From a bacterium (GTDB lineage Bacteria; Patescibacteriota; Patescibacteriia; Patescibacteriales; UBA12465), in NCBI GenBank assembly GCA_035400585.1, contig DAOMZR010000001.1, positions 434,643 to 498,642 on the forward strand: a stretch of 64,000 bases of DNA, read 5' to 3'. Within the stretch, counting starts at the first letter, position 1. Every line of letters begins with the position of its first letter. Below are positions 9,630-19,219 of this stretch, piece after piece. The notes beneath the pieces were generated by a model. It was given only the letters and a program-made list of their open reading frames with translations, made no database searches and was not told the DNA's origin. Made by a program: the position numbers and the translations under genes.

Positions 9630-9659
9630 ATATTTTATTTAAATTATTAGTTTTATAAA

Positions 9660-11561
9660 TTAAACAGCACCCTCTAATTCTCTTTGTTGTCTGGCAAATT
9701 CTTTTTTAGCTTCTTCTTGTTCTAGCAATTGTCTAGGGTCAGACGTTATTAACTGATCCTCGCTATAAGAAGCTACTATTTTTATAGCTACATGCTTATT
9801 ACCAGCAAAAAATATACCTTCTCCAACATCACACTCTAAAAGCAAAAACTTTTCTCCTTCGGTCAACATAAAAGTCTTTTGCACTAAATCAATAGCTGCC
9901 GGAGATTGTTTTAACAAAATCTGTAAAGAGGAGTTAGTAACAATAGCCTTTCCATAAGGAGAGGTTAAGAAATCATTAACGTCCTGAGTGATAGTAGTAA
10001 CTCCTAAATAATATTTTCTACATCTTTTAACTAGAGCAAATATAAATTTAGCACTATCTTCGTGTTGCATCATCCACCAAGCTTCATCAATAATCAAAAC
10101 TCTTTTTTTGGTTTCACTTCTAACAACATTCCAAATATAATTAACAATGGTGTAAATAGCCATGGGACGAAGCTCATCTTCCAAATCTCTAACCGAGAAA
10201 CAAATCATTTGATTGTTCATTTCTACGTTGGTTGGATTATTTAAAAAACCAGAAAAAGTTCCTTCAGTATATTTTTTTAGTCTCTGAGCTAAGTCAGATC
10301 CACCCTCCATACCATCTAAAACTTGTTGAAAATCAGACAAAACTGGTGGTTCAATTTGAGACAAGTCGGAATCAGGTGTAATATCTTTTTTAGCATAGGT
10401 TTCCAAAAGAGCTCTATCCACTATTGAATCTTCGTCGTAATTTAAAGCACCAGTCATTAAGCGAACCAAACCTTTTAAAGTAATAACCGCGCTTCTGATA
10501 ATATCTTTGGGCTTAGCTTCTCCTCCAATAGCTCTAGGCAAATCAAAGGGATTAATTTTACTTTCACTGGCCAAAGAAATATTAATATAAGTTCCGCCAA
10601 CAGCATCTGACAAATGTTTGTATTCATATTCTGGGTCAATAACAATAACATCAGAACCCATCATCAACGATCTTAAAACTTCCAATTTTATACAATAACT
10701 TTTTCCAGCACCAGAAGTAGCAAAAACTACCGAATTAGCATTTTGCAAACTAAAACGATCAAATAAAATTAAACTATTATTATGTCTATTAATTCCGTAT
10801 AAAACTCCGCGATCACTGGTAAGCTCACTGGAAATAAATGGGAAAGAAGAGGCAATTGGTGATGAATTCATGTTAAAGGTAATATATAAATCATCGTTTC
10901 CTAAAGGTAAACAAGAGTTAAACCCCTGTTCGGCCTGGTAAAAAGCCCTCTTAGAATAAACTAATCTCGAACCAAAAACGTCTTCTACTTGGTCTGACAA
11001 ACGATCAAGTTGTTCTAAGTTGTCAGCATAAATAGTAATATATAAACCGAATTGAAAAAACCTTTCTGTTCCTTGAGTCAAAGAATCACGCAAAGCTTCA
11101 ATATCCCTCAAGGCGGTTTCTCTTATTGGATCTCTCGGCGCACCTTTTTCCGAATCAGACATAATTTGAGCTTCCAGGTTTCCCACTCTGGATTTAAGTT
11201 GTTTTAAAATAATAGCACTCTTTACCGGATAAAAGAACATGGAAACATCAAAACATTCATTCAAGTTAATAATCGGCGCAAACCAACCAACGCTTATATA
11301 TCTTGGGTAAGTAATTACAAAAATTGTTCTAAGAAATTTCTGACCTAAAGCCAAAAAAGTCGGGCTAACTTTAAAACTTGCCGGAGAAATTAAATCTCTA
11401 ACAGACAAAGCTCCACGAAGCAATGCCTTTTCTTCTTCGATTAATTCTCTGGTTATTTTTATTTCTTCTTCCTTGGCACCAAACCTTTGCAATTCTTCTT
11501 CAATAATTCCCTTTTTCTTTTTGGTCTCCAATTCTTGTCGTTGACTTTTTAGATCTATCAT
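9660..11561 (-). CDS. virB4: VirB4/TrsE-family T4SS ATPase (ATPase portion)
   Basis: 633 aa. Walker A FATSGAGKSY and Walker B VLIIDEAWWMM, the DEAW motif typical of VirB4/TraC/PrgJ. Confidence 0.85.
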   Translation of the reverse strand: MIDLKSQRQELETKKKKGIIEEELQRFGAKEEEIKITRELIEEEKALLRGALSVRDLISPASFKVSPTFLALGQKFLRTIFVITYPRYISVGWFAPIINLNECFDVSMFFYPVKSAIILKQLKSRVGNLEAQIMSDSEKGAPRDPIRETALRDIEALRDSLTQGTERFFQFGLYITIYADNLEQLDRLSDQVEDVFGSRLVYSKRAFYQAEQGFNSCLPLGNDDLYITFNMNSSPIASSFPFISSELTSDRGVLYGINRHNNSLILFDRFSLQNANSVVFATSGAGKSYCIKLEVLRSLMMGSDVIVIDPEYEYKHLSDAVGGTYINISLASESKINPFDLPRAIGGEAKPKDIIRSAVITLKGLVRLMTGALNYDEDSIVDRALLETYAKKDITPDSDLSQIEPPVLSDFQQVLDGMEGGSDLAQRLKKYTEGTFSGFLNNPTNVEMNNQMICFSVRDLEDELRPMAIYTIVNYIWNVVRSETKKRVLIIDEAWWMMQHEDSAKFIFALVKRCRKYYLGVTTITQDVNDFLTSPYGKAIVTNSSLQILLKQSPAAIDLVQKTFMLTEGEKFLLLECDVGEGIFFAGNKHVAIKIVASYSEDQLITSDPRQLLEQEEAKKEFARQQRELEGAV

Positions 11562-11578
11562 AATTTATAGTAAATATT

Positions 11579-12253
11579 TTATAATTCAACTTGCAAATCT
11601 CTAACATTTGTCAAAACTTGATTCTTAGAGGTTTCCGGATTATATGAATTATAATAAAGTTCTATTAGTTCCTGAGTGTTCAATTGCTTAACATCAACAC
11701 CCAAAGATAAAAGAGAAGACATAACACTATCAACTCTTCTAGCCAAAGCCTCTTTGTATCTTAAAAATTTAACTTCTTTCAATTTAAAAATTGTAGATGG
11801 TTTCAAGGCCTCGGATAAAAGAGAAAAAAATCCTTTTCTTTTATCGCCAGCCGGATTGTAAGAAACAACAACAAAGAATTTTTTGTTCATAATTTTTCCG
11901 ATGGAAACCAACTCTTTTATGTATTCTATATACTCAGCAGTCTGTATTTTCAATAAACGATTTGTCTGCTCTCTTTCTTTGTTTTTTAAATAATCCAAAT
12001 AATTTTGAATATTTAAATCTCTGGATTGAATAACAATTTGTAGTGGCGTATTTAAATTATTTAAAAAACTAACATAACTAGAAATAATGGCATTTTGCTC
12101 ATCTTCACTTTTTAAAGCAAAATTAATACTGGATACAGATAAAACTGCTCTAAGACTGCCATCTTTTACAACAACGGTATCATATTTAATTTCAGCGACA
12201 TCCAAATATTGCTGAGTTGATGGGGCTTGCATTTTTGCTTTTTTCTCTGGCAT
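11579..12253 (-). CDS. VirB4 N-terminal-domain-like protein (separate 224-aa ORF)
   Basis: STQQYLDVAEIKYDTVVVKDGSLRAVLSVSSINFALKSEDEQNAIISSYVSFLNNL resembles the N-terminal module of Gram-positive VirB4 homologs. 224+633 aa is close to the size of a full VirB4. It lies 17 nt upstream of the ATPase ORF and in a different frame. Confidence 0.55.
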   Translation of the reverse strand: MPEKKAKMQAPSTQQYLDVAEIKYDTVVVKDGSLRAVLSVSSINFALKSEDEQNAIISSYVSFLNNLNTPLQIVIQSRDLNIQNYLDYLKNKEREQTNRLLKIQTAEYIEYIKELVSIGKIMNKKFFVVVSYNPAGDKRKGFFSLLSEALKPSTIFKLKEVKFLRYKEALARRVDSVMSSLLSLGVDVKQLNTQELIELYYNSYNPETSKNQVLTNVRDLQVEL

Positions 12254-12270
12254 AATTAAATAATTTTAAT

Positions 12271-12723
12271 TTAGAAATCAGATTCGTCCGATAATATTTT
12301 TTCGCTATCCTCACCTCGATATTTTCCTTTGGTATCAACTACTAATGAAATTTTGGCTAATTTAGCCTTGCTCAAATATTTCTCCTGAGTAACAACGTTT
12401 TCATATTTAAATTCTTTTTCTTCTTTCTTTTCAACCGTTGAAGTTTTGTGATTCCAAACTCTTAAATTTGGTTTTTTAACTGTCTGAATAAAATTCAAAA
12501 CGAAATAATGAAAAGGTCGGCCATTAACTTTTAAAAAGGCGACGGTTCCAAAGATACCAAAAATTAAAACACTGGAAATTACAAATCCCATGAAATCCAG
12601 GGTTTTATAAGCAATAAAAACAAAGAAAGCACCGATTAACAAAATAATAAACTGCCTAGCAGTAATCGGACCAATAATTTTTGGCTCAACGTCTATAAAT
12701 TGTGGGACTGTAAACTGTTGCAT
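12271..12723 (-). CDS. PrgI/VirB3-like small membrane protein
   Basis: MQQFTVPQFIDVEPKIIGPITARQFIILLIGAFFVF followed by a second TM helix. This matches the PrgI-family pattern as I remember it, and the ORF sits directly upstream of VirB4. Confidence 0.6.
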   Translation of the reverse strand: MQQFTVPQFIDVEPKIIGPITARQFIILLIGAFFVFIAYKTLDFMGFVISSVLIFGIFGTVAFLKVNGRPFHYFVLNFIQTVKKPNLRVWNHKTSTVEKKEEKEFKYENVVTQEKYLSKAKLAKISLVVDTKGKYRGEDSEKILSDESDF

Positions 12724-12728
12724 AAAAA

Positions 12729-14255
12729 CTAAAATCTCAATGTTTTATTAAATTCAACTATAGCCTCAAGTTCCTCTTTGCTTAAAAACTCTTTTCCATA
12801 ACTCTTCAATTCGGCTATAATTTGATCAACGCCAACACCACGATTACCAGCGTCTAAGAAAATTTTTAGATATAATTTATGTATCGGACTTTGACGCCAA
12901 GCCTTAATTCCTTCAATCATTTTGCTATAATCTAAACTCTCTAAAGCCTTTATTTTTTCTCTAATTTTTTCTAGAGCTTCCTTAGAATCTTTGGATAAAC
13001 GACGAAAATTAACCAAATCTAAATAACGTATTTCGTCTACTGGGCTCATTATTTTAACTTTCTTAACGTCGGTCATTTTTATTTTGTTGCTTGAATTATC
13101 GATATCAGCAACTTTTGAAATCGGTGATTGAAAAGAAGGCGTTGTTTCCTTTTTTAGATTATTTTTAGCTTCTTCCACAGCTTTTATTGAAGCCTCCTCT
13201 TTTCTTATCTCTTCTTCAATTTCAGAAATAATTTCTTTTTCAAATTTATCAAATTTAGCATCTTCGTTTATCAAAAAGCTATCATTTGCTTTTCTTTTAT
13301 CCTCTATTTTTTCTAAAACTTCTTTTTGTTTTTTGACTATTTCCTCTATTTTAGCTTTATCAATTATTTTTTCCTCAACTTGATAATTATCTTTTAAATT
13401 ATTAACAGGATCAACAGAATGGGTGTCTAAAAGATAATCTGAATCACCGGCCGGTAACATCTTTTTAGTTTCAGAACCAACAGATGTTCCAAGTCCAAGC
13501 TTGTTTATTTTATCTAAAATATCCTTATCAATTTTTGTTTGATTTTTAGCCTCTTGATATTCCTCGGCCTGAAAACTGGAAACGATCATGAAAATGTTAT
13601 CAATCATTTGATCAGCCAAACCAAAACCACCCAATTCACTTGACTTAGAAAATATTTGACGCAACTCAATTTTGCTTTTGACTCCTTTAAAGTATTTTTC
13701 TAGCAAAGAAACAAAATTTTCTTTTTTTTCTTTAGTTAAATTTAATTTCAAAATATCAACAACTTGTTCGGCTTGATTTTTGACTTTATTTAAATAATCA
13801 GTTTTTACATAATCACTAACAAATTCTTGCTCTTTGATGTATGGTTCATCTCCCAAATCATCTGTCTCGTTTTTATCAAGCTCTTTATTATCGAATTCTT
13901 TCCCCAATTCGGCTAATTCTTCTTTTAATTTATTATCAGGAGAATCAATTTTTACTTCATCAACTTTAAAATCCTTTTTTATTCCTAGATAATCGGCTAT
14001 TTTATAAAAAACTTTTTCTTTTAACTCCGTGGCTAAGTTTTCAGATTGTTCTTGATTTAAGCCAAGTTCAGTAAAAAAAACCAAGGGCAAACTTTCAATG
14101 TTTATTTCCTTAATAGTTACTCTCATAATTAATGAGGCCAAATCAACTTTGTATTTCTTTTCTATTTCTTCAATAACCTTAACAGCTTCGTCGCTATCAA
14201 CAGCTTTTTTGATGTCATCACTCAAACTATTAAATTTGTTTAAATAGTCAAACAT
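12729..14255 (-). CDS. Hypothetical 508-aa acidic, Lys/Glu-rich coiled-coil protein (no TM)
   Basis: ORF track. Embedded in the T4SS-like operon with gaps of 5 and 32 nt. No motif recognised. Confidence 0.6.
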   Translation of the reverse strand: MFDYLNKFNSLSDDIKKAVDSDEAVKVIEEIEKKYKVDLASLIMRVTIKEINIESLPLVFFTELGLNQEQSENLATELKEKVFYKIADYLGIKKDFKVDEVKIDSPDNKLKEELAELGKEFDNKELDKNETDDLGDEPYIKEQEFVSDYVKTDYLNKVKNQAEQVVDILKLNLTKEKKENFVSLLEKYFKGVKSKIELRQIFSKSSELGGFGLADQMIDNIFMIVSSFQAEEYQEAKNQTKIDKDILDKINKLGLGTSVGSETKKMLPAGDSDYLLDTHSVDPVNNLKDNYQVEEKIIDKAKIEEIVKKQKEVLEKIEDKRKANDSFLINEDAKFDKFEKEIISEIEEEIRKEEASIKAVEEAKNNLKKETTPSFQSPISKVADIDNSSNKIKMTDVKKVKIMSPVDEIRYLDLVNFRRLSKDSKEALEKIREKIKALESLDYSKMIEGIKAWRQSPIHKLYLKIFLDAGNRGVGVDQIIAELKSYGKEFLSKEELEAIVEFNKTLRF

Positions 14256-14287
14256 ATTTGAATTTTATTATTACAAAAAACAAGGAA

Positions 14288-15439
14288 TTATTTTTTCAAC
14301 TTATTGATTTCACTTTCAATAGCTTTTCTTTCTAAGCTTTTTTCTGGGTATTTTTCTAACATTAATTCCATTTCTTTTATTTTTTGTTCTTTCTCGGAAA
14401 AAAAATTTTCCTTTTTATCTAAATCTTCTTTTTCTAAATCATTTTTTGAAATATTCTCTGAATTGCTTTTTAAGACATCGACATTGTTTATTTCACCGAC
14501 TTCGTCAATGTTTTTGCTTTTCTTCATAGACAAACTGTCAGAAATTACATTGTCTCTATCTAGTGGAACTATTTCCCATTCGTTGAAAGGAATGTTAGCC
14601 ATTGAATCTGGAAAAAAAGACAAATTTCTGTAAAGGCGCAAAACCTTTCTCACCAATCTTCTCTCAACTTCATCTAAATTTAAACAATTAACCGAACTAG
14701 TTAAAAATTTAGCCAAAACTATATTGCTGAAATTATTACTTCCATTTTCTTTTATGAAGCTCTTTATCCAGTTGGCTATTGTTGGATCTTCTTTCTTGTT
14801 ATTTATTATTAATAAGTTTTTGGTAAGCACTTCCTGATTAGCCAGAAGGGCTCTAATAAACTTATCAAGAGAATCAGTTTTGTTTGTCAGTAAATATAAC
14901 ATTGAACCATTAAGGCTTCGAGGAGCTGAAGGATCACTATTTTTTAAAATTGTTACCAAGTCTTTTTCTAAAAGATAGGTCGATATCCGCTCTTCTTTTT
15001 CTTCATCAAAATCTTTTTCCAAATCTTCTAAAAGATTGTTGAGATTATTTAAATTACTATTAACAATGGATTCTTCAAAATCACTTACATATTGCTTATA
15101 TTTATCAAGACTTCCATTATATTTTTTAATTTGATCAGCTACCTTAAAATCAATAAAATTATCCACTGGCAAAAACAACTTTCCTAAAAAATCGCAAATA
15201 AATTCATTCAATCTTTCTTGACTTTTAATGTCTGGAGAAACATTTTTTATTAATTCTTCAATTTTAAAATCGGAAATAAAAAAATCTAAAAGAAAATCAT
15301 TAACCCTTTCTTTGTCTATGTTAAAGTCGGCTGATATCTCGGAAATAGCTTGAGCAACTTTTTCAGAGGAAAAATAAAAATTAAGCTCTTCTGATAAACT
15401 TTCTAATTTTTCTAAAAATTTTATATATTTATTTTCCAT
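14288..15439 (-). CDS. Hypothetical 383-aa acidic protein (no TM)
   Basis: ORF track. Embedded in the T4SS-like operon. No motif recognised. Confidence 0.6.
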   Translation of the reverse strand: MENKYIKFLEKLESLSEELNFYFSSEKVAQAISEISADFNIDKERVNDFLLDFFISDFKIEELIKNVSPDIKSQERLNEFICDFLGKLFLPVDNFIDFKVADQIKKYNGSLDKYKQYVSDFEESIVNSNLNNLNNLLEDLEKDFDEEKEERISTYLLEKDLVTILKNSDPSAPRSLNGSMLYLLTNKTDSLDKFIRALLANQEVLTKNLLIINNKKEDPTIANWIKSFIKENGSNNFSNIVLAKFLTSSVNCLNLDEVERRLVRKVLRLYRNLSFFPDSMANIPFNEWEIVPLDRDNVISDSLSMKKSKNIDEVGEINNVDVLKSNSENISKNDLEKEDLDKKENFFSEKEQKIKEMELMLEKYPEKSLERKAIESEINKLKK

Positions 15440-15492
15440 AGATTAAAACAAGATTGCTTAAATTTATTTAATTTTTCAGTTAAAGTAAATCA

Positions 15493-18246
15493 TTAATCAA
15501 ACATAGCACTTGCAGTGTCTATTGTTTGTTGATCTTTATCGTCTAAATTGTCGCCTGATTTGGATTGATTATTGGATTGATTATTAGAAGCTCTTCTGCT
15601 GCTGAAATTAACACCAGCAATCTCCTGAAAAGCTTTAATAACCGCTCTATCAGTTGGTACTTCAGAATTTAATTTAGAATTTTCTAAAATACTATTTAAT
15701 TTATTTTTAAAATCTTCTTCATTTATAGCATTTTTCAAGTCCTGTATCGCTTTATGAGTTGGGTTATCAAACATTTTTTTCAAACTCTCAATACTTTCGC
15801 CTTTGCTAACCATCTTTTTAACCTCGTCAAACTCTATCTCACCCAAAAATTTAACTTTACTTTCTTCGTTTTTAACAGGATCTAATCCTTCATCAAAATT
15901 ATCTAAATTACCATCTTGAATACCAGCCAATTTCTTTAAAGAATCATAATCACCAGAAGATTTTAAAGATTCTTTAACCTCTCTTTGTTTGTCTTTGGTC
16001 AAATCATCAAATTTACCTTTAAAATTTTTATTAGACATTGTTTTAACTAGCCCTGGCATGATTAATTTCATTGAATCTTTGTCAATATTTTCCAGTTTTA
16101 TAGTGCCACCAACAATACCTTTAACAATTTTTTCTTTGGCTTTATCTTGTTTAGATGAATCAGTTGATCTAAGATCGGTAAATGTTTGAGTTAAATGTTG
16201 ATAATCACCGGCCAACGAACCATCCATTTGATTCATTACCTTGTTATCATTGCCATAAGTTTTTTGAAGCTCATCTCTTTTAATCCTGGCTTCTTCTTTG
16301 GTTAATTTACCCTTTTCCATTAAAGTCATGGTAGCGGCCGCTCTTTCATGACCACTTAAAGAATAGTCGTTCATTTTCTTTCTAAGCTCATCTTCTTTGT
16401 CATCCTTCATGCCATCTTTATGTTTTGAGATTTGAGAACTATGATAATTAGAAGCCAAATCCAAATCTTCATTTCCGGCATGTTGAACTTTGCCCTTAAG
16501 ACCTAGGGTTAAAATATTTCCAGCAATATTGCCAAATTTACCAAAGTTTTTGGCACCCCTCATACTGTCTGACAAATCTTTTTCTTTTTGACCAACAACT
16601 TCGTCCCTTTCTTCAAATTCTTTAGTAAGATCAATTTTATTAAAATCAGAAACAGCAGATTTTTCGTCAGACTTGAAGTTGGCATTATAATCTTTTAATA
16701 AATCATCCTGTTTTTGTTTTTGCTTAGTTTCTTCTGGAAGATATTTATTGTTTATATCATTTTTCCTTTGATCAAGTTCACTTTGTGTAATTTTACCATT
16801 TTTGAAGTCGGCATCAGCCTTATTAAGTTCTCTCTGTTTTTTAATACCCAGGTTCTTTTCTTCTGTTTTGGCAGATTCTATTTTTACTTTTAAATCTTCA
16901 AGCGCTACTTTCTTTTGTTTGGCTTCTTCTAATTTTACTTTTCTATCTTCTATGTCTTTTTTAGAAACACCGGCCAAGCTTTTTATTCCCTCTCCAACTT
17001 TTCCTCCCAGCTTATTAACCGGGGCAACAACGGCTTGTTTTGCCTGACCAATTTTTTGATTAGCCCAACCAGCATCTTTTTGAGCTCTATCTTGTCTAAG
17101 ACCTTCTTTCATTGATTGACGAGCTTTAATAGCATTTTGCACTCTTTCAACCCCAGTAGCTCTTTTAACTCCTTTGGTCATGGCATTCATAGTGCCGGTT
17201 CCCATAGCTTGTAATTTGGCCATACCCTTACCAGCAATACTGCCAGCCACACCACCCATTTCTTGAGCTATCATTAATCCCCCCAACAACATACCAATGG
17301 AAATAATAAACTTAGTCATGTTATCCTGACTTCCAGCTTCAGTAACAGTGGCAGAAAAATTTTCTTGAGTAGCTTCGCCTCCAGCTGAATTGCTTTGGGC
17401 TTTCATTTTATTAATATCTCGACTACCTTCAATACCGCCCAAAGAAGCGAAAGAAAGCCATATAAAAAAAGCTAAAACCGGACCGACTATTAAGTTTTTA
17501 GAAAAATCAGACCACCATCTTTGAGAATAGGATTGTCCTTGAGGAAACGAAGCCATTAAATAAGCTGCTGGAGATAAAACGACATAAATCCAAATCATAA
17601 TTATTCTCATGGCCAACATCACTAGCATTGTTAAAACAACCACAACCGAAATTATTGAAAATATTAAAGCTAAAATTATGGAACCCAAAATAGTCCAACC
17701 AGTAACATCGCCGGAATTACTTTGATCAAAACTTAATATTTTAGTAACACCCAACATTTCTGTTAAGTTTCCACCGGCCATGTCTTTAAAAGCGTTTACA
17801 AAAGTTAACATGATCACCTGAGCAACGTCGATAAATATTCCGCAAATAAGTTTAGAGAAGTTTATTAGAATTGCCATTAAAATAAGTTTTGGCAACCAAG
17901 TTTTTAAATTATACTGTTCTATTTTTAAAATAGTGGCGAAAGCAATTATCAAAAGGATTAAAATAAAAAACATGTTACACAAATCTCTAACCAGTGTCCA
18001 GCCAGTTGTAACAGCATTGGAATTGATAAAATCATTATACTGGGCAACTCCGATTAAAATATACATTAACATTATAAGTATTTTGCCCAAAACCCAGATA
18101 ATTGGGTATAACACCCAGCCCAAAACTGTGGCTACTGTTTCTCCGAGTCCAGCGTGAGCAAAATTGGGGAATAAAAAAATTATCCCAAGAAAAAGAACTA
18201 GAGATAAGCCAGTAAATATTTTTTTGTTTTTTATTTTTAACTTCAT
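15493..18246 (-). CDS. VirB6/TrbL-like polytopic membrane protein with a ~600-aa hydrophilic C-terminal extension
   Basis: Signal peptide ending FAHA. About 6-7 TM helices within the first ~320 aa, in a TrbL/VirB6-like arrangement. The remainder is a K/D/E/Q-rich, coiled-coil-like region. Confidence 0.65.
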   Translation of the reverse strand: MKLKIKNKKIFTGLSLVLFLGIIFLFPNFAHAGLGETVATVLGWVLYPIIWVLGKILIMLMYILIGVAQYNDFINSNAVTTGWTLVRDLCNMFFILILLIIAFATILKIEQYNLKTWLPKLILMAILINFSKLICGIFIDVAQVIMLTFVNAFKDMAGGNLTEMLGVTKILSFDQSNSGDVTGWTILGSIILALIFSIISVVVVLTMLVMLAMRIIMIWIYVVLSPAAYLMASFPQGQSYSQRWWSDFSKNLIVGPVLAFFIWLSFASLGGIEGSRDINKMKAQSNSAGGEATQENFSATVTEAGSQDNMTKFIISIGMLLGGLMIAQEMGGVAGSIAGKGMAKLQAMGTGTMNAMTKGVKRATGVERVQNAIKARQSMKEGLRQDRAQKDAGWANQKIGQAKQAVVAPVNKLGGKVGEGIKSLAGVSKKDIEDRKVKLEEAKQKKVALEDLKVKIESAKTEEKNLGIKKQRELNKADADFKNGKITQSELDQRKNDINNKYLPEETKQKQKQDDLLKDYNANFKSDEKSAVSDFNKIDLTKEFEERDEVVGQKEKDLSDSMRGAKNFGKFGNIAGNILTLGLKGKVQHAGNEDLDLASNYHSSQISKHKDGMKDDKEDELRKKMNDYSLSGHERAAATMTLMEKGKLTKEEARIKRDELQKTYGNDNKVMNQMDGSLAGDYQHLTQTFTDLRSTDSSKQDKAKEKIVKGIVGGTIKLENIDKDSMKLIMPGLVKTMSNKNFKGKFDDLTKDKQREVKESLKSSGDYDSLKKLAGIQDGNLDNFDEGLDPVKNEESKVKFLGEIEFDEVKKMVSKGESIESLKKMFDNPTHKAIQDLKNAINEEDFKNKLNSILENSKLNSEVPTDRAVIKAFQEIAGVNFSSRRASNNQSNNQSKSGDNLDDKDQQTIDTASAMFD

Positions 18247-18251
18247 TGTAT

Positions 18252-19070
18252 TTATTTAAAAAACTGTGATATCCATTCCCAGGCAATATAGGGAGCAATA
18301 AAGAAAGATATTGGTGGTGTAAGAAGCATCATTAAAAAGGCTATAACAATTATAAACAAGTGCAGAAAACAACAACAACCAGTAGCTCCTTTTTCTATGA
18401 CACTAATTTTTCCTCCAATTTCTTTTGCCTTTTTAGGGGATGTTTTTTTAATTTCTTGTGGAACCCACTCTTGTCCCAGTTTGCAAAAAAATTTAGGAGA
18501 GATTAAAGAAAGTACAGCGTGAGCATAAACCCAAAACACAGACAAGGTAAAAGTTGGAATAGCATCCAACCAGGCATTCTTTAAAAGATTATCAAAAAAC
18601 AATCTGCTAGCAATTGGTTTTTCTCCTGAGTCTTCGTCGGTTTTAGCTTTAATCTTTGAATCAATTTTGCTCTTGCTTTTTTGTTTGTCTTGCTCCAACT
18701 CTCTAGCCTGATCCATTTCTTGCTGCTCATCATATTCAGTATTTGTTCTGGCTGATTGTTCTTCGCTGCTTGTCGATTGACGACCCTTAGCATCACTCAG
18801 TTTTTGACTTCGAGTAGAAATTGGCAGAGAAACACCCTTTAAAGGTTTAAAAGAAGAAAGATTCTCGTTCGTTTTTTTTCCATAACTACTTGAGTCTAAA
18901 CGGGAAACTGGATCATTTCCTTTTTTAGTAGATGAACTCACCATTTTTGATGGTCCACCAGCCACATTCCCAAAATCATTTAATAAGATTTTCTCGACTT
19001 CGGCTTTAACTTTTGAATCAATTTTATTTTCCTTTATACTGTCAGATATAACTTTATTTTCTTCGGCCAT
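18252..19070 (-). CDS. Hypothetical membrane protein (disordered N-terminal ~150 aa, 2-3 C-terminal TM helices); first gene of the T4SS-like operon
   Basis: ORF track. Ser/Lys/Glu-rich N-terminus. C-terminal helices include GATGCCCFLHLFIIVIAFLMMLL. Confidence 0.55.
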   Translation of the reverse strand: MAEENKVISDSIKENKIDSKVKAEVEKILLNDFGNVAGGPSKMVSSSTKKGNDPVSRLDSSSYGKKTNENLSSFKPLKGVSLPISTRSQKLSDAKGRQSTSSEEQSARTNTEYDEQQEMDQARELEQDKQKSKSKIDSKIKAKTDEDSGEKPIASRLFFDNLLKNAWLDAIPTFTLSVFWVYAHAVLSLISPKFFCKLGQEWVPQEIKKTSPKKAKEIGGKISVIEKGATGCCCFLHLFIIVIAFLMMLLTPPISFFIAPYIAWEWISQFFK

Positions 19071-19124
19071 AGAACGAAAAATAATAATAAAACAAGAGAA
19101 AATCTATATCCATTTCTTATCTAT

Positions 19125-19153
19125 ATTATACAATAAAAAAAATAAATTGCCAA
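19125..19153 (-). promoter_or_regulatory. Promoter of the T4SS-like operon
   Basis: Minus strand TTGGCA (19148-19153), 17-nt spacer, TATAAT (19125-19130), about 55 nt upstream of the ATG at 19070. Confidence 0.55.
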
Positions 19154-19219
19154 ATAATAAACCATTAAAAATTATCAATCCTTTTAATTTTTAAAATTAA
19201 TTCTAAATTTAATAATTTT

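Noticed and set aside
15555-15590. Tandem GGATTGATTATT x2 as a possible repeat element
   Set aside because: It simply encodes an NNQS-NNQS low-complexity repeat at the C-terminus of the VirB6-like protein.
18035-18796. Same-strand alternative-frame ORFs 18035-18298 and 18581-18796
   Set aside because: They are fully nested in or overlapping the VirB6-like and 272-aa genes in other frames, with no independent signals.
19165-19194. Inverted repeat TTAAAAATTA...TAATTTTTAA as a metG terminator
   Set aside because: The stem is entirely A-T pairs with a 10-nt loop, which is easily produced by chance in this composition. It was not called.
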